A stretch of 64,000 nucleotides of DNA from Armatimonadota bacterium (GCA_963677485.1 OY781964.1:1152001-1216000), one strand, 5' to 3'. Shown: positions 19,516 through 30,053, counted from the stretch's first letter. Notes: generated by a model from the sequence alone, not told the origin. A program made the numbers and translations.

Positions 19516-22167
19516 ATGAAATTTAACATGCATTCAAGAAGCTCTGTCACCACAGGGCTGTTAGTAAATGCTCTGGCTGAGCCGCTTGGGATCGACACCC
19601 GTGAGCCGATGCTGAGCTGGCATATGACTAACTGCGCCCGCGGTGCCGAACAATATGCGTATTGCGTGCAGATGGCCACTTCTGTTGCTGCGCTGCGGCG
19701 TGGTGAGTGTGACATGTGGGATACCGACATGATCCGCGAATCCAGTCAGTGCGTGCCATATGGTGGTGCTCCATTGAAAAGTGCCACCCGCTATTTCTGG
19801 CGTGTTCGGGTATGGGATCACAGGGGGGTTTCCAGTGCTTGGAGTGACCCCGTCTTGTTTGAAACCGCCATGCTGGAACCTGACGACTGGCATGCGAAAT
19901 GGATACGGATGCCCGCGGAAATGCGCGCGACCCACCCCACTTCGGTGCCCGTTTTCCGAAAAGACTTCCTGATGGTCCGCCGCATACGCTGGGCAGCGAT
20001 GTACATCTCGGGAGTGGGTTACCAAGAGGTATATGTCAACGGTGTGAAGGTAGGCGATAATCTGCTGGATCCAAACAACGGCAACCTCGAAAAAACCGTA
20101 TCTTACTCCACGCACGATGTGACGGAGATGTTCCACCTCGGCCGAAACTGTATCACCGCGATGGTAGGGCAAGGCTGGTGGTCAGGTGAGCCTTCATTAA
20201 TTGTTAAACTTCACATCATCTACACCAACGACTCGGAAGAGATCGTGGGTACTGATGAGACATGGGATTGCCGTCCCAGCCATATCATAAGCAGTAGTGT
20301 TTACCAGGGCGAAGAGGCTGATGCCCGCTTGATAGATGACGAGTGGTACACCCCAGTGCTGCATATCAACGAAGAATGGATGGCCGCTGAGGTATCCGAT
20401 ATCACCAGCCGTCTGGTGGCGCAAACCCAGCCTGCTATCGAATGCATTGAGACCATTGCTCCAAAGCTGATCACACAACCGCAGCCGGACATCTGGATAT
20501 TCGACTTTGGTCAGAATATCTCGGGCCGTTGCAAGCTGCGAGTCGAGATGCCGGGTGGAACCAGGCTGGTGATGAAACACGCCGAGTTACTCAACTTCGA
20601 CGGCACACTGAATGCAGAGAACCTGCGTACCGCGGCTGCCACTGACGTATACACCTGCCGCGGACACGGCACCGAAGAGTGGGAACCCAAGTTTACTTAC
20701 CACGGCTTCCGGTATGTGCAGATAGAGAACTACCTTGGGATGCCTACTCAGCGAACCCTCACTGCGAATGTCATTCACACACGACTGGAACCCAGCGGCT
20801 ACTTCTACTGCAGTGACCCGTTACTGAATAAAATATACGCAAACAGCATTTGGGGATACCGCGACAACTACCATAGTATCCCGACCGACTGCCCCCAGCG
20901 TGATGAGCGTATGGGCTGGATGGCCGATGCGCACATCACCGCAGATATGGCCTTCCACAACTTCAAGATGGAAGCCCCCTTCTGTAAATGGCTTGATGAT
21001 ATCGCAGAAACCATGACCGACGAAGGCGCGCTGCCTGACACGGTGCCCACCTATCATGGCACACAGCCTGGTGACGTCATGTGGACGATCGCCTACCACA
21101 TCATCGCCTGGGACATCTACCGCCATACTGGGCATGTTCATGTGCTGAAGAAGCACTACGACAAGCTGCGGCTGCATGTCACGGACCTGCTGTCCCGATA
21201 CGACAGGTGCTTGCTGCCTGATTGTAAGTACGGTGACTGGATAGCCCCTGAAGAAACACCCAAGGACTTCATCAATATGTGCGGGTTGTTACAGATGATC
21301 AATATTCAAAAGATGATGTCGACCGCTGTAGGCAACGAACAAGACACCGCATACTTCACTGAACAATCCCAGCAGTTAGGGCAAGACATCAACAAGCGGT
21401 TCTACAACATGAACCGCTGCACATATGCGAACGGCAGCGAACTGAGTTACGCACTGCCTATCATGTTGGGTATAGTGCCCGAAATTGATTTCGAAAAGCT
21501 GGAAAAGAACTTCGTGCGACAGATCAAGCGGATGCAGAACGGGCATCTCAGCACCGGTTTTGTGGGCACCAGGCCGTTGATGGAAGCACTGCTAAAAGTC
21601 GGAGAAGTCGATCTGGCTCTCGAGATGGTGACTGACATCGACTGCCCAAGCTGGGCCTATCAAGTTGCCATGGGTGCCACCACCATCTGGGAGCTGTGGA
21701 ATTACGCCACAGGCAACGATATGAATAGCCATAACCACCCTGCGCAGGGCTTTATCGCCGCTTATTTAATGCAGACCATCGGTGGGATCAAGCTGGATGA
21801 AAATACCGCTGGCTGGGAGCACTTTACGGTGAAACCCCACATCTGGGGTAATCTCACCAATGCCGAGGCAGTCGTAGAAACATCGAGGGGGCGGGTGAGC
21901 TGTAAGTGGGAACTGCTGGACAGATGCTTCCCTGATAAGCAGCTGAAGGGTATGAACATGACCGTTCAGATACCCATCGGAACCACAGCCACCGTGTACA
22001 TTCCGAAATACGGACGCCGACGCCCAGAGATCCGGCTGGATGGCAAGCGAGCATTCCGAGCCGGCCGTGTGATGGCCAGTCAGAAGGACATCATCAGGGG
22101 ATGCGATGCTGGTAACTACGTCTGCCTGGAGTTAGTGAACGGGACATACGAGTTCGAGGTTATCTAG
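19516..22167 (+). CDS. Alpha-L-rhamnosidase, GH78
   Basis: 'FDFGQN', 'FTYHGFRYV', 'SIPTDCPQRDERMGW', 'GATTIWELW', 'NSHNH'. No signal peptide. Confidence 0.92.
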   Translation: MKFNMHSRSSVTTGLLVNALAEPLGIDTREPMLSWHMTNCARGAEQYAYCVQMATSVAALRRGECDMWDTDMIRESSQCVPYGGAPLKSATRYFWRVRVWDHRGVSSAWSDPVLFETAMLEPDDWHAKWIRMPAEMRATHPTSVPVFRKDFLMVRRIRWAAMYISGVGYQEVYVNGVKVGDNLLDPNNGNLEKTVSYSTHDVTEMFHLGRNCITAMVGQGWWSGEPSLIVKLHIIYTNDSEEIVGTDETWDCRPSHIISSSVYQGEEADARLIDDEWYTPVLHINEEWMAAEVSDITSRLVAQTQPAIECIETIAPKLITQPQPDIWIFDFGQNISGRCKLRVEMPGGTRLVMKHAELLNFDGTLNAENLRTAAATDVYTCRGHGTEEWEPKFTYHGFRYVQIENYLGMPTQRTLTANVIHTRLEPSGYFYCSDPLLNKIYANSIWGYRDNYHSIPTDCPQRDERMGWMADAHITADMAFHNFKMEAPFCKWLDDIAETMTDEGALPDTVPTYHGTQPGDVMWTIAYHIIAWDIYRHTGHVHVLKKHYDKLRLHVTDLLSRYDRCLLPDCKYGDWIAPEETPKDFINMCGLLQMINIQKMMSTAVGNEQDTAYFTEQSQQLGQDINKRFYNMNRCTYANGSELSYALPIMLGIVPEIDFEKLEKNFVRQIKRMQNGHLSTGFVGTRPLMEALLKVGEVDLALEMVTDIDCPSWAYQVAMGATTIWELWNYATGNDMNSHNHPAQGFIAAYLMQTIGGIKLDENTAGWEHFTVKPHIWGNLTNAEAVVETSRGRVSCKWELLDRCFPDKQLKGMNMTVQIPIGTTATVYIPKYGRRRPEIRLDGKRAFRAGRVMASQKDIIRGCDAGNYVCLELVNGTYEFEVI

Positions 22168-22303
22168 CTCTCGGGAGGATCAGTAAGTTGAGCAGAGGTC
22201 GCCTGTGGGGCATATCCCCGAGGCGATCTCTGTTTTTGTGTATTTCGCACCAAATGATGGATGCAAGTGACTGACCAACCATCGGATTCCATCCAACTAC
22301 CAA

Positions 22304-23422
22304 GTGAGGACAAATGTGAAAAATCGCCGTGTGATCTCTCTGTGTTCGGCAGCGTTCGTCGTGATCATTTGTGTGGTGTGGTATGCCGTATCCGCTTACA
22401 GAACAGCCCATGCCGACCCGAATATGAAGCCCATTGTATGGGTGGAGTTTGGCGACTGGAAAGGCGTGTGGTGCCGTGCGGAGTATATGGATCGCATCCG
22501 CAAATCCTGGGAGGTGGTGCCCTGGGATGCCAAGACCAAAGGGATCAGCCGGCGATCGCAGCAGTATAAGGCCATTAACAGCGATGCTCTTCCTAAGGCG
22601 GGCAAGATCCGCGCCACCATCAACGGCGGGGAGTTCATGTGTGATGACGCCAACGACGCGGCGGCTCACTCTATGGGGGCGGTGCTGACGCATGGCGCAG
22701 TGGTGGTCGGCAGCAGTGTTATCAAGAACCCACTGATGACCGAGGGGATTGTGGCGTTCAACACCACAGGCTCAGATATCTATATGGATACGCTGAACGG
22801 CTGGAAGAATGATCCGACCAAAGGGCCGTATGCCGACACTACCTTCAAGCGATATTACACCCCTTACCTGAGCCTCATCCGGGGCAAGAGTGAGCTGCAG
22901 AAGCAAAAGCTGATCCAGCCGCTGTTCGGGTCCTACCAGCATGGCAAACTGGCGCACTTCATGCTGATGCACGATGGCCAGGTGATACCCAAGGCGGGTG
23001 GAAACACCACTGGACATGCCAGCTCACGCACTATCATGGTGCTGGGCAAACCTAGCCTGTGTGTGTTCAAGGAGAAGGACGGTAAGCAGGTCACCAGGCG
23101 CGGCAGGGACATGCTGCTGCTGGTGAACCACAACACCGACACGGGCTGCCTGATCGATGAGGTTCGTCAGTTTATCGACAACCGCACTGGTCCAAAGGGT
23201 TCCTCGCGTGGAGTGCTACGACAAGAGGTGAACAAGATGCTGCGGGCAGGTGGCCGAAACTTCAGCATCGATTCGGTGATGATGCTGGACGGCGGCAGCA
23301 GCTCGCAAGTGCATTACTGCGACCACCTCACCAGCCACCACTATGGGAATATCACAGACGATGTCCGTCTCTCCCCCCGGCCGATCCCGGATTACATCCG
23401 CCTGGAGGCCGATTGGGAGTGA
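22304..23422 (+). CDS. Membrane-anchored phosphodiester glycosidase (NAGPA/DUF2233)-like protein
   Basis: N-terminal TM, 'INGGEF', 'SRT', 'MMLDGGSSSQ', 'RPIPD' motifs. Confidence 0.55.
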   Translation: MRTNVKNRRVISLCSAAFVVIICVVWYAVSAYRTAHADPNMKPIVWVEFGDWKGVWCRAEYMDRIRKSWEVVPWDAKTKGISRRSQQYKAINSDALPKAGKIRATINGGEFMCDDANDAAAHSMGAVLTHGAVVVGSSVIKNPLMTEGIVAFNTTGSDIYMDTLNGWKNDPTKGPYADTTFKRYYTPYLSLIRGKSELQKQKLIQPLFGSYQHGKLAHFMLMHDGQVIPKAGGNTTGHASSRTIMVLGKPSLCVFKEKDGKQVTRRGRDMLLLVNHNTDTGCLIDEVRQFIDNRTGPKGSSRGVLRQEVNKMLRAGGRNFSIDSVMMLDGGSSSQVHYCDHLTSHHYGNITDDVRLSPRPIPDYIRLEADWE

Positions 23423-23462
23423 GGGGGGGTATATAGGAACTTACAAACCGATTGCATGACCG

Positions 23463-23603
23463 CCGCGACATAAATGTCTCGGCTATTGAACAACAAGGCT
23501 GCTGAAGCAGCCTGCAACGACGTTATCACACTCGGCACGAAGGTCCCCAGCCCGTTTCAACGGGCTTGCTGGTCAGTAGCCGAGACATTGATGTCGCGGA
23601 ATG
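23463..23603. repeat. REP/MITE family A copy (inverted pair)
   Basis: CCGCGACATAAATGTCTCGGCTA ... TAGCCGAGACATTGATGTCGCGG with inner hairpins GGCTGCTGAAGCAGCC and GCCCGTTTCAACGGGC. Confidence 0.8.
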
Positions 23604-23719
23604 AGAGGTATTCAGTTATTTTCTGTGCAGACGTGTAGGTTCCTCCGAGCACCACGTCGTGGATCTTCTGCGATTACAATATGGTTCGACCCACTTCGGG
23701 TATGATGGGCGTAACCTTT

Positions 23720-23960
23720 ACCAGGGGTATCGCTTCGCTCACCCCTGGCTATAATGAATCCTACCCACTCCGTGGGTGCCGGACCATCTTTGCATGTGGT
23801 TTTATCTGCATATAGGATTACCTACAATCCAAATATGAATATGAGCAATGGTTCAGGCCCTCTTGCCCTTCGCGCCTTCGCGCCTTCGCGTCTTCGTGTG
23901 GGAATCCCTCCCTCTCCACCCTTCGCGCCTTCGCGTCGTCACCTGTGGTGTCGCGTGAGA
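23720..23960. repeat. REP-like hairpin (CCAGGGGT...ACCCCTGG) and CTTCGCGC microrepeats
   Basis: Read directly from the sequence. Confidence 0.6.
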
Positions 23961-24061
23961 ATCCCTCCCCACCCCACCCGCCAGTTTCCGGAAATCCCGG
24001 AAACGCGATACGGTACAATACTCTTGATGGTCTACCACCAAATTCGCAGCATGAGGTCATT

Positions 24062-24982
24062 ATGCACCCAATATTCCAACAGCCGGTTTTGATATTCGAC
24101 GGGGCGTGCGGCACCAACCTGCAGAACATGGAAATCCCCTCCAGCGCCTGGCAAGGATGCGAGGGCTGCAACGAGCTGCTGAACGTCACCGCGCCTGAGG
24201 TGATCCAGAGCCTCCACCGCTCGTTTGTGCAGGCGGGGGCACAGTTGCTGGAGACCAACAGTTTTGGTGCGAACAGCATCGTGTTAGCGGAGTATGGGCT
24301 GCAAGATCAGGTATCGCAAATCTGCCAGGCTGCGGTGGCGAACGCAAAGGCGGTGGCTGGTGAGCAGTCACTGGTGATCGGCAGCATGGGACCCGGCACG
24401 AAGCTGCCCTCGTTGGGGCATATCAGCGTGCAGGATTTGGCGGCGGCATATCGGCAGCAGGCGGAGGCGCTTTTGGTGGCAGGAGCCGACGGGTTGATCT
24501 TGGAAACATGCCAGGATCTGCTGCAGCTCAAAACTGCTCTGGTGAGCTGCCTGGATGTGCTGGGCGCAGATGCTGGCAGCATCCCCCTGTTTGTTTCGGT
24601 GACCATCGAGGCGACCGGTACCATGCTGGTCGGCAGTGACATCGCCGCGGTCGCCACTACAGTGGAACCCTACCCCGTGTTCAGCCTGGGCCTGAACTGC
24701 GCCACCGGACCGCGCGACATGCGCTCGCACCTTCAGTGGCTGAGCCACAACTGGGAGGGCCGCTTGAGCTGCATCCCCAACCAGGGACTGCCTGAGGTGG
24801 TGAATGGCCTCACAAAATACCCCATGAACCCCACAGACTATGCGCAGCAGATGAAAGAGTTTGTGCAGGAGCTGGGCGTGAGCGTGCTGGGCGGATGCTG
24901 CGGCACCACCCCCGAGCACATCCAAGAGTTGGTCAAGACAGTCGCAGGCGTGGCCCCCGGCACGCGGGAGGTCGCACGATGA
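24062..24982 (+). CDS. metH: B12-dependent methionine synthase, N-terminal homocysteine-binding domain (split MetH)
   Basis: 'FDGACGT', 'ETNSFGAN', 'GLNCATGP', 'GGCCGTTPEHI'. ATGA overlap with the next gene. Confidence 0.9.
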   Translation: MHPIFQQPVLIFDGACGTNLQNMEIPSSAWQGCEGCNELLNVTAPEVIQSLHRSFVQAGAQLLETNSFGANSIVLAEYGLQDQVSQICQAAVANAKAVAGEQSLVIGSMGPGTKLPSLGHISVQDLAAAYRQQAEALLVAGADGLILETCQDLLQLKTALVSCLDVLGADAGSIPLFVSVTIEATGTMLVGSDIAAVATTVEPYPVFSLGLNCATGPRDMRSHLQWLSHNWEGRLSCIPNQGLPEVVNGLTKYPMNPTDYAQQMKEFVQELGVSVLGGCCGTTPEHIQELVKTVAGVAPGTREVAR

Positions 24983-27417
24983 AACCAAGCCTGAGCAGTC
25001 TCTACCAGTCGGTCGACATCCGGCAGGATATCCCACCGCTGCTGATCGGTGAGCGGTGCAACGCAAACGGCAGCAAGAAGTTCCGCGCGCGCCTGCTGGC
25101 TGAGGACGACGACGGCTGTGTGCGCATGGCGCTCGAGCAAGAGGCGCAAGGTGCGCAAGTGCTGGACCTCTGCACCGCCTATGCCGGTCGCAATGAGATG
25201 GACGACCTCTGCCGTCTGGTGCCGCTGTTTGCGAACCAGTGCCGGTCGGTATTGATGATCGACAGCACCACGCCGGACTGCATCGAGGCCTGCCTCAAGC
25301 TATATCCGGGACGGTGCATCGTCAACTCCATCAACCTGGAGGATGGCGGCAAGAACCTACACCGCATCTGCACGCTGGCCAAAAAGTATGGTGCCGCGGT
25401 GGTGGCTTTGACCATTGGGCCCGAGGGCATGGCGATGACCGCCGATGAGAAACTGCGCGTCGCGAAGATGATCTACCACGAGGCGGTGGAGGTTAACGGT
25501 CTGCGGCCCAGTGATCTGCTGTTTGATGCACTCACCTTCACGGTGGGTTCCGGCGACGAAACTCTGCGTGACGCCGCCGTGCAGACCGTTGAGGCGATCC
25601 GCATGATCAAAGCGGAGCTGCCCGGTGTGAACACCGTGTTGGGCGTGAGCAACATCTCGTTCGGGCTGCGTCCGGCGGGCCGCAAGGTGCTCAACAGCGT
25701 GTTCCTGCATGAGGCGGTGCAGGCGGGTCTTGATGCCGCGATCGTGGATGCCGTCAAGGTGCTGCCCTACGCCAGCATTGATGAGCAGGAGCGTGAGCTG
25801 AGCTTGAACCTGCTGCACAACCTCGGTGAGACGCCGCTGATGAGCTTCATTGAGCACTTCGAGAAAGCGCAGCCTGAGAAAAGCGCAGAGGAGCTTGATA
25901 ACACACACAACCTGACCGAACAGAGCCTGGCTGAGCAGTTGATCAAGGGCAACAAGGACGGTCTTGAGGACCTGTTGTCCATCCTCATCCGCCGTATGCC
26001 ACCGCTCAGCATCATCAACAACGTGCTGGTTCCGGCTATGCGTCAGGTTGGCGAGCTGTTCGGACGCGGCGAAATTCTGCTGCCGTTTGTGCTGCAGTCG
26101 GCCGAAGTGATGAAACGCTCCGTGAACTACCTGGAGCCATACATGGACCGCTCGCAGCAGAAGGCGGGACTGAAGATCCTGCTGGCCACCGTGCAGGGCG
26201 ATGTACATGACATCGGAAAGAACCTGGTTGACATCATCCTGAGCAACAACGGTTATCAAGTGGTGAACATCGGCATCAAAGTGCCCGCTGAGACGATCAT
26301 CGCGAAGGCGAAAGAGCACAAAGTAGACATGGTGGGGCTGTCTGGCCTGCTGGTGAAAAGTGCGATCGTGATGAAAGAGAGCATGGTGCAGTACCGTGAA
26401 GCCGGTCTGAATGTGCCGATCCTGCTGGGCGGTGCGGCGTTGACCCAGAAATTCGTGGCCGAAGAGGTCGTGCCCGGTTACGACCATCAGGTGGTCTACT
26501 GTGCAGATGCCTTCGCCGGTCTGAAGGCGGTGCGCGACTTCGAAGCTGGTCGGCTGCACAGCACCGAGTGGAACCGCGGCTCCGGCCGGGTATCGACACC
26601 TCATGCCGCTGAGCTGGATGTGGAGGTTCTCTCTGAGGTCCCTACCCCGCCATTCTGGGGCAGTGCCATCGAACAGCAGATCAACTCCGTAGATATCTTC
26701 CCGTATATGAACCTGCAGGCGCTCTACCGCGGTCGATGGGGATACCGCCGTGCCAAACTCAGTGCGGAGCAGTATGATGAATTGTTAAAAAACACCGTGA
26801 ATCCGCTATACGAACGGCTGAAGAATCAGGCACTGGCGGAGGGATGGCTGCAGCCGAAAGTGGCCTACGGCTATTTCCCGTGTTACCGCGACGGCGACCG
26901 CGTGATGGTGCAGCATGGCGATTCCTGGCTGCCGTTCGCCTTCCCGAGGCGCAGCACAGCCCCGAAAATCTGCATCGCCGACTACTTCCGCACCCAGCAA
27001 GAGGGCGGTGATGTGGCGGCGTTCTTTGTGGTCACCATTGGTGAACGGCTTGCAGAAGAGGTGAAACGGCTGTTCGAGCAGAACTCCTACCATGACTACC
27101 TGATGTGGCACGGCTTCGGCGTGGAAGTGACCGACGCGCTGGCGGAGCTCTGGCATGAGCGGATGCGCCGTCAGATGGGCATCGGCGAGGAGCGCAGCCT
27201 GGACACAGCCGGTCTGGTGGCCCAGGAGTATCGCGGATCACGCTACGGATTTGGATATCCTAGTTGCCCCGACATGGAGGCGCACATCCCGATGTGGCAG
27301 ATGCTGCAGCCGGAGCGCATCGGGGTCAACCTCACTGAAAACATGGAGATGGTGCCAGAGATGAGCACCTCGGCGATTATCGTTCATCACCCACAGGCGA
27401 AGTATTTCGCGGTTTAG
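24979..27417 (+). CDS. metH: B12-dependent methionine synthase, pterin-binding, cobalamin-binding and reactivation domains (split MetH)
   Basis: 'IGERCNANGSKKF', 'NSINLEDG', 'GVSNISFG', 'ATVQGDVHDIGKNLV', 'RYGFGYPSCPD'. Confidence 0.93.
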   Translation: MKPSLSSLYQSVDIRQDIPPLLIGERCNANGSKKFRARLLAEDDDGCVRMALEQEAQGAQVLDLCTAYAGRNEMDDLCRLVPLFANQCRSVLMIDSTTPDCIEACLKLYPGRCIVNSINLEDGGKNLHRICTLAKKYGAAVVALTIGPEGMAMTADEKLRVAKMIYHEAVEVNGLRPSDLLFDALTFTVGSGDETLRDAAVQTVEAIRMIKAELPGVNTVLGVSNISFGLRPAGRKVLNSVFLHEAVQAGLDAAIVDAVKVLPYASIDEQERELSLNLLHNLGETPLMSFIEHFEKAQPEKSAEELDNTHNLTEQSLAEQLIKGNKDGLEDLLSILIRRMPPLSIINNVLVPAMRQVGELFGRGEILLPFVLQSAEVMKRSVNYLEPYMDRSQQKAGLKILLATVQGDVHDIGKNLVDIILSNNGYQVVNIGIKVPAETIIAKAKEHKVDMVGLSGLLVKSAIVMKESMVQYREAGLNVPILLGGAALTQKFVAEEVVPGYDHQVVYCADAFAGLKAVRDFEAGRLHSTEWNRGSGRVSTPHAAELDVEVLSEVPTPPFWGSAIEQQINSVDIFPYMNLQALYRGRWGYRRAKLSAEQYDELLKNTVNPLYERLKNQALAEGWLQPKVAYGYFPCYRDGDRVMVQHGDSWLPFAFPRRSTAPKICIADYFRTQQEGGDVAAFFVVTIGERLAEEVKRLFEQNSYHDYLMWHGFGVEVTDALAELWHERMRRQMGIGEERSLDTAGLVAQEYRGSRYGFGYPSCPDMEAHIPMWQMLQPERIGVNLTENMEMVPEMSTSAIIVHHPQAKYFAV

Positions 27418-27426
27418 GAGATATCA

Positions 27427-27600
27427 TTGGCACCTGATACTGGAAAGTTTATTTGCATCCATTGCGGCTATGTGTACGACCCCGAGCTAGGCGACCCTGA
27501 CAACGGCATCGCACCCGGCACCGCGTTTTACGACCTGCCTGCGGACTGGATCTGCCCCACCTGTTACGTGCCCAAAAGCGAGTTCGACCCGCTGGATTAG
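27427..27600 (+). CDS. Rubredoxin (57 aa; not in the ORF track)
   Basis: TTG start after AGGAG. Translation [57 protein letters not shown]. Confidence 0.92.
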   Translation: MAPDTGKFICIHCGYVYDPELGDPDNGIAPGTAFYDLPADWICPTCYVPKSEFDPLD

Positions 27601-27688
27601 GCGATCAATCGTATGGGCAACCCCCCGTGGTTGCCCATACGATCCGTCCGGTTCGTCCGACCAATTTTCACACCACAGGAGCACACCC

Positions 27689-29521
27689 ATGACATCCGCA
27701 GAAATCATCAGCCGAATCAAGCAGGCACCGCTCGTGTTCGACGGTGCAATGGGCACGATGCTGTACCAGCGCGGGGTGTTCCTGAACAAGTGCTTTGACG
27801 AGATATGCCTGAGCAACCCGGGTTTGATCGCGAAGATACACCGCGCGTATGTGAAGGCGGGTGCGGACGTGATCACCACCAACAGTTTTGGTGCGAACCG
27901 CATCAAGCTGGCGGAGTTCGGACTGGCGGAGCGGTGCGTCGACATCTGCCATGAGGCGGTGCGTATCGCCCGTCAGGAGCTGGGTGTGGAGGGTCTGGTC
28001 GCCGCCTCGGTGGGACCCTGCCTTCGGCCCGGGCAGTATCTGGGAGCTGATAACCGGACCGATGTGCTGGCAGCTTTTCAGGAAAGCATTCAGGCTCTTG
28101 CTGAGGCCGGGGCGGATTTCATCTTGCTGGAGACATTCAGCGACTGGGATGAAGCACTGCTCGCGCTGCAGGCGGCAGAGGGTCTGGATATCGCGGTGAT
28201 GCTCTCCTTCGCCTACGATGAGCACGGCGAAACCGCGCGCGGCAGCACTATCGAGCAGATCACCACGCAGATGGACGCGCATCCTGGCGTAAGTATCGTG
28301 GGCATGAACTGCGGCAGCGGACCGGCGGCTTTGACCGACCTGCTAAAGCGCGTGATGGCCTGCACCTCCAAGCCGGTGGTGGTGATGCCCAACGCGGGCA
28401 GCCCACGTCAGGTTGAGGGGCGGATGCTATATCTGACCAGCCCAGAGTATTTCACCTCGTATGCCAAACGCATGGTGCAGATGGGTGCGCGCGGGGTGGG
28501 CGGCTGCTGCGGCACCACGCCGGAGCATATCGCCGAGATGAGCAGGGCGGTGAAGGCGGTCAGCACCGTTCGCCGTGCCGCAGTCGTGAAGCCGGTTGAG
28601 CAAAAATCACCCGATGTGCAGCCGCTCACCATGGCACAAAAGAGCCGGATGGGCGCCAAGCTCAGCCGCGGGGAGCGCGTCTCCAGCGTGGAAATCCTGC
28701 CGCCGAAGTCCAGCGACCTTCGCTCGATGCTGCAGAAGGCGCAGACCTGCTACCTGGCCGGAGTGGATGCCATCAACATCCCAGATGGCCCCCGGGCCAG
28801 CGCGCGGATTTCGCCGATGATGGCCGCGGTGGCGATCAAACAGCAGGTGGGCATCGAGCCGGTGCTGCACTACTGCTGCCGTGACCGCAACCTGATCGGG
28901 ATGCAGAGCGACCTGCTGGGCGGGTTTAGCGCGGGCTTGACCAACTTCCTGCTGATCACCGGCGACCCTCCCAAACTTGGCGACTACCCCGATGTGACCG
29001 GTGTGTTCGATGTCGACTCCATCGGCCTGGCGCAACTCGCCAGCAACCTGAATGCCGGCGTCGACCTTGGCGGAAACCCGCTGGTGCCCCCCACGGGCAT
29101 CTTGATCGGTGTGGGGTTGAACCCATGCGCGGTGGAGCTGAACCGCGAGCTGGAGCGGTTCCGTCGGAAGATCGACGCGGGGGCTGAGTATGCCATCACA
29201 CAGCCGGTGTTTGATAGTGAGGCTCTGCTGCGCATCATCGAGCAGATACGAACCTTCTCCGACATCCCGATTGTGGCCGGTGTGTGGCCCTTTGCCAGCT
29301 TTAAGAACGCGGAGTTCATGTGCAACGAGGTTCCCGGCGTAGTGGTGCCCGATGAGTTGATGGAGCGGATGCGCCGCTGCCACACCAAGCAGGATGGTGC
29401 TGAGACGGGCATTGAGATCGCCCGCGAGATGTGCCGGCAGATCGGCGATGTGGTGGCAGGCTTCCAGGTCAGCGCGCCGTTTGGCAATGTGAACACCGCT
29501 ATTAAGGTGCTGCAGGGGTAA
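27689..29521 (+). CDS. yitJ: Bifunctional homocysteine S-methyltransferase / methylenetetrahydrofolate reductase
   Basis: N-terminal 'FDGAMGTML...GGCCGTTPEHI'. C-terminal MTHFR 'CRDRNLIGMQSDLLG', 'ITGDPP', 'ITQPVFD'. Confidence 0.9.
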   Translation: MTSAEIISRIKQAPLVFDGAMGTMLYQRGVFLNKCFDEICLSNPGLIAKIHRAYVKAGADVITTNSFGANRIKLAEFGLAERCVDICHEAVRIARQELGVEGLVAASVGPCLRPGQYLGADNRTDVLAAFQESIQALAEAGADFILLETFSDWDEALLALQAAEGLDIAVMLSFAYDEHGETARGSTIEQITTQMDAHPGVSIVGMNCGSGPAALTDLLKRVMACTSKPVVVMPNAGSPRQVEGRMLYLTSPEYFTSYAKRMVQMGARGVGGCCGTTPEHIAEMSRAVKAVSTVRRAAVVKPVEQKSPDVQPLTMAQKSRMGAKLSRGERVSSVEILPPKSSDLRSMLQKAQTCYLAGVDAINIPDGPRASARISPMMAAVAIKQQVGIEPVLHYCCRDRNLIGMQSDLLGGFSAGLTNFLLITGDPPKLGDYPDVTGVFDVDSIGLAQLASNLNAGVDLGGNPLVPPTGILIGVGLNPCAVELNRELERFRRKIDAGAEYAITQPVFDSEALLRIIEQIRTFSDIPIVAGVWPFASFKNAEFMCNEVPGVVVPDELMERMRRCHTKQDGAETGIEIAREMCRQIGDVVAGFQVSAPFGNVNTAIKVLQG

Positions 29522-29702
29522 AGGCGGGCAGTGGAGCCGGTTGGTGCCGTGGTGCCGTCAGTGGGCACCGTCCTACTCGTCCTACTCATCTTACCCGTCG
29601 TGTTGCAACGCTTGACCGCCACCACCCCTTGCACGAAAAACGTGAATGGTATATGATGGAACCAGAACCACCACAGGCCAAGGCTGGAGAGTAACACAAA
29701 CT

Positions 29703-30053
29703 ATGAGCAACAGTTCCAAGATAACCGGATCCTCCGGTAATGTGTTCGAAGACATCGGTCTGCAACACGCCGAGGAAGCACTCGCACGGGCTGATCTGGC
29801 GTTGCGGATTAGCGACATTATCACCGAACGTGGAATAACCCAAGCGACGGCAGCTCATATACTGGGGATTGACCAGCCGAAGGTGTCGGCGCTTGTACGT
29901 GGTCGCCTCGAGGGATTTTCCACATACCGGCTGTTCCGGTTTCTCAACGCGCTTGGCAGTGATGTGCAGATAGTCATCAATCCCAAACGCCCTGGCACTG
30001 ACCGAGGACGAATCCAGGTCTTTGGTGGAGCACGCACCAATCCAGTGGTTTGA
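29703..30053 (+). CDS. XRE-family HTH protein (HigA-like antitoxin, HTH_37 type)
   Basis: 'SSGNVFEDIG...TQATAAHILGIDQPKVSAL..G...GFS..RL.RFL.ALG.DV.I' is typical of the partners of Gp49/RelE-like toxins. Confidence 0.85.
   Translation: MSNSSKITGSSGNVFEDIGLQHAEEALARADLALRISDIITERGITQATAAHILGIDQPKVSALVRGRLEGFSTYRLFRFLNALGSDVQIVINPKRPGTDRGRIQVFGGARTNPVV

Noticed and set aside
23430-24060. Possible SAM riboswitch or T-box upstream of the met operon
   Set aside because: No S-box core (ATC.AGA...GCAACC...GTGC.AA.TCC) or T-box motif is visible. The region is explained by dispersed repeats.
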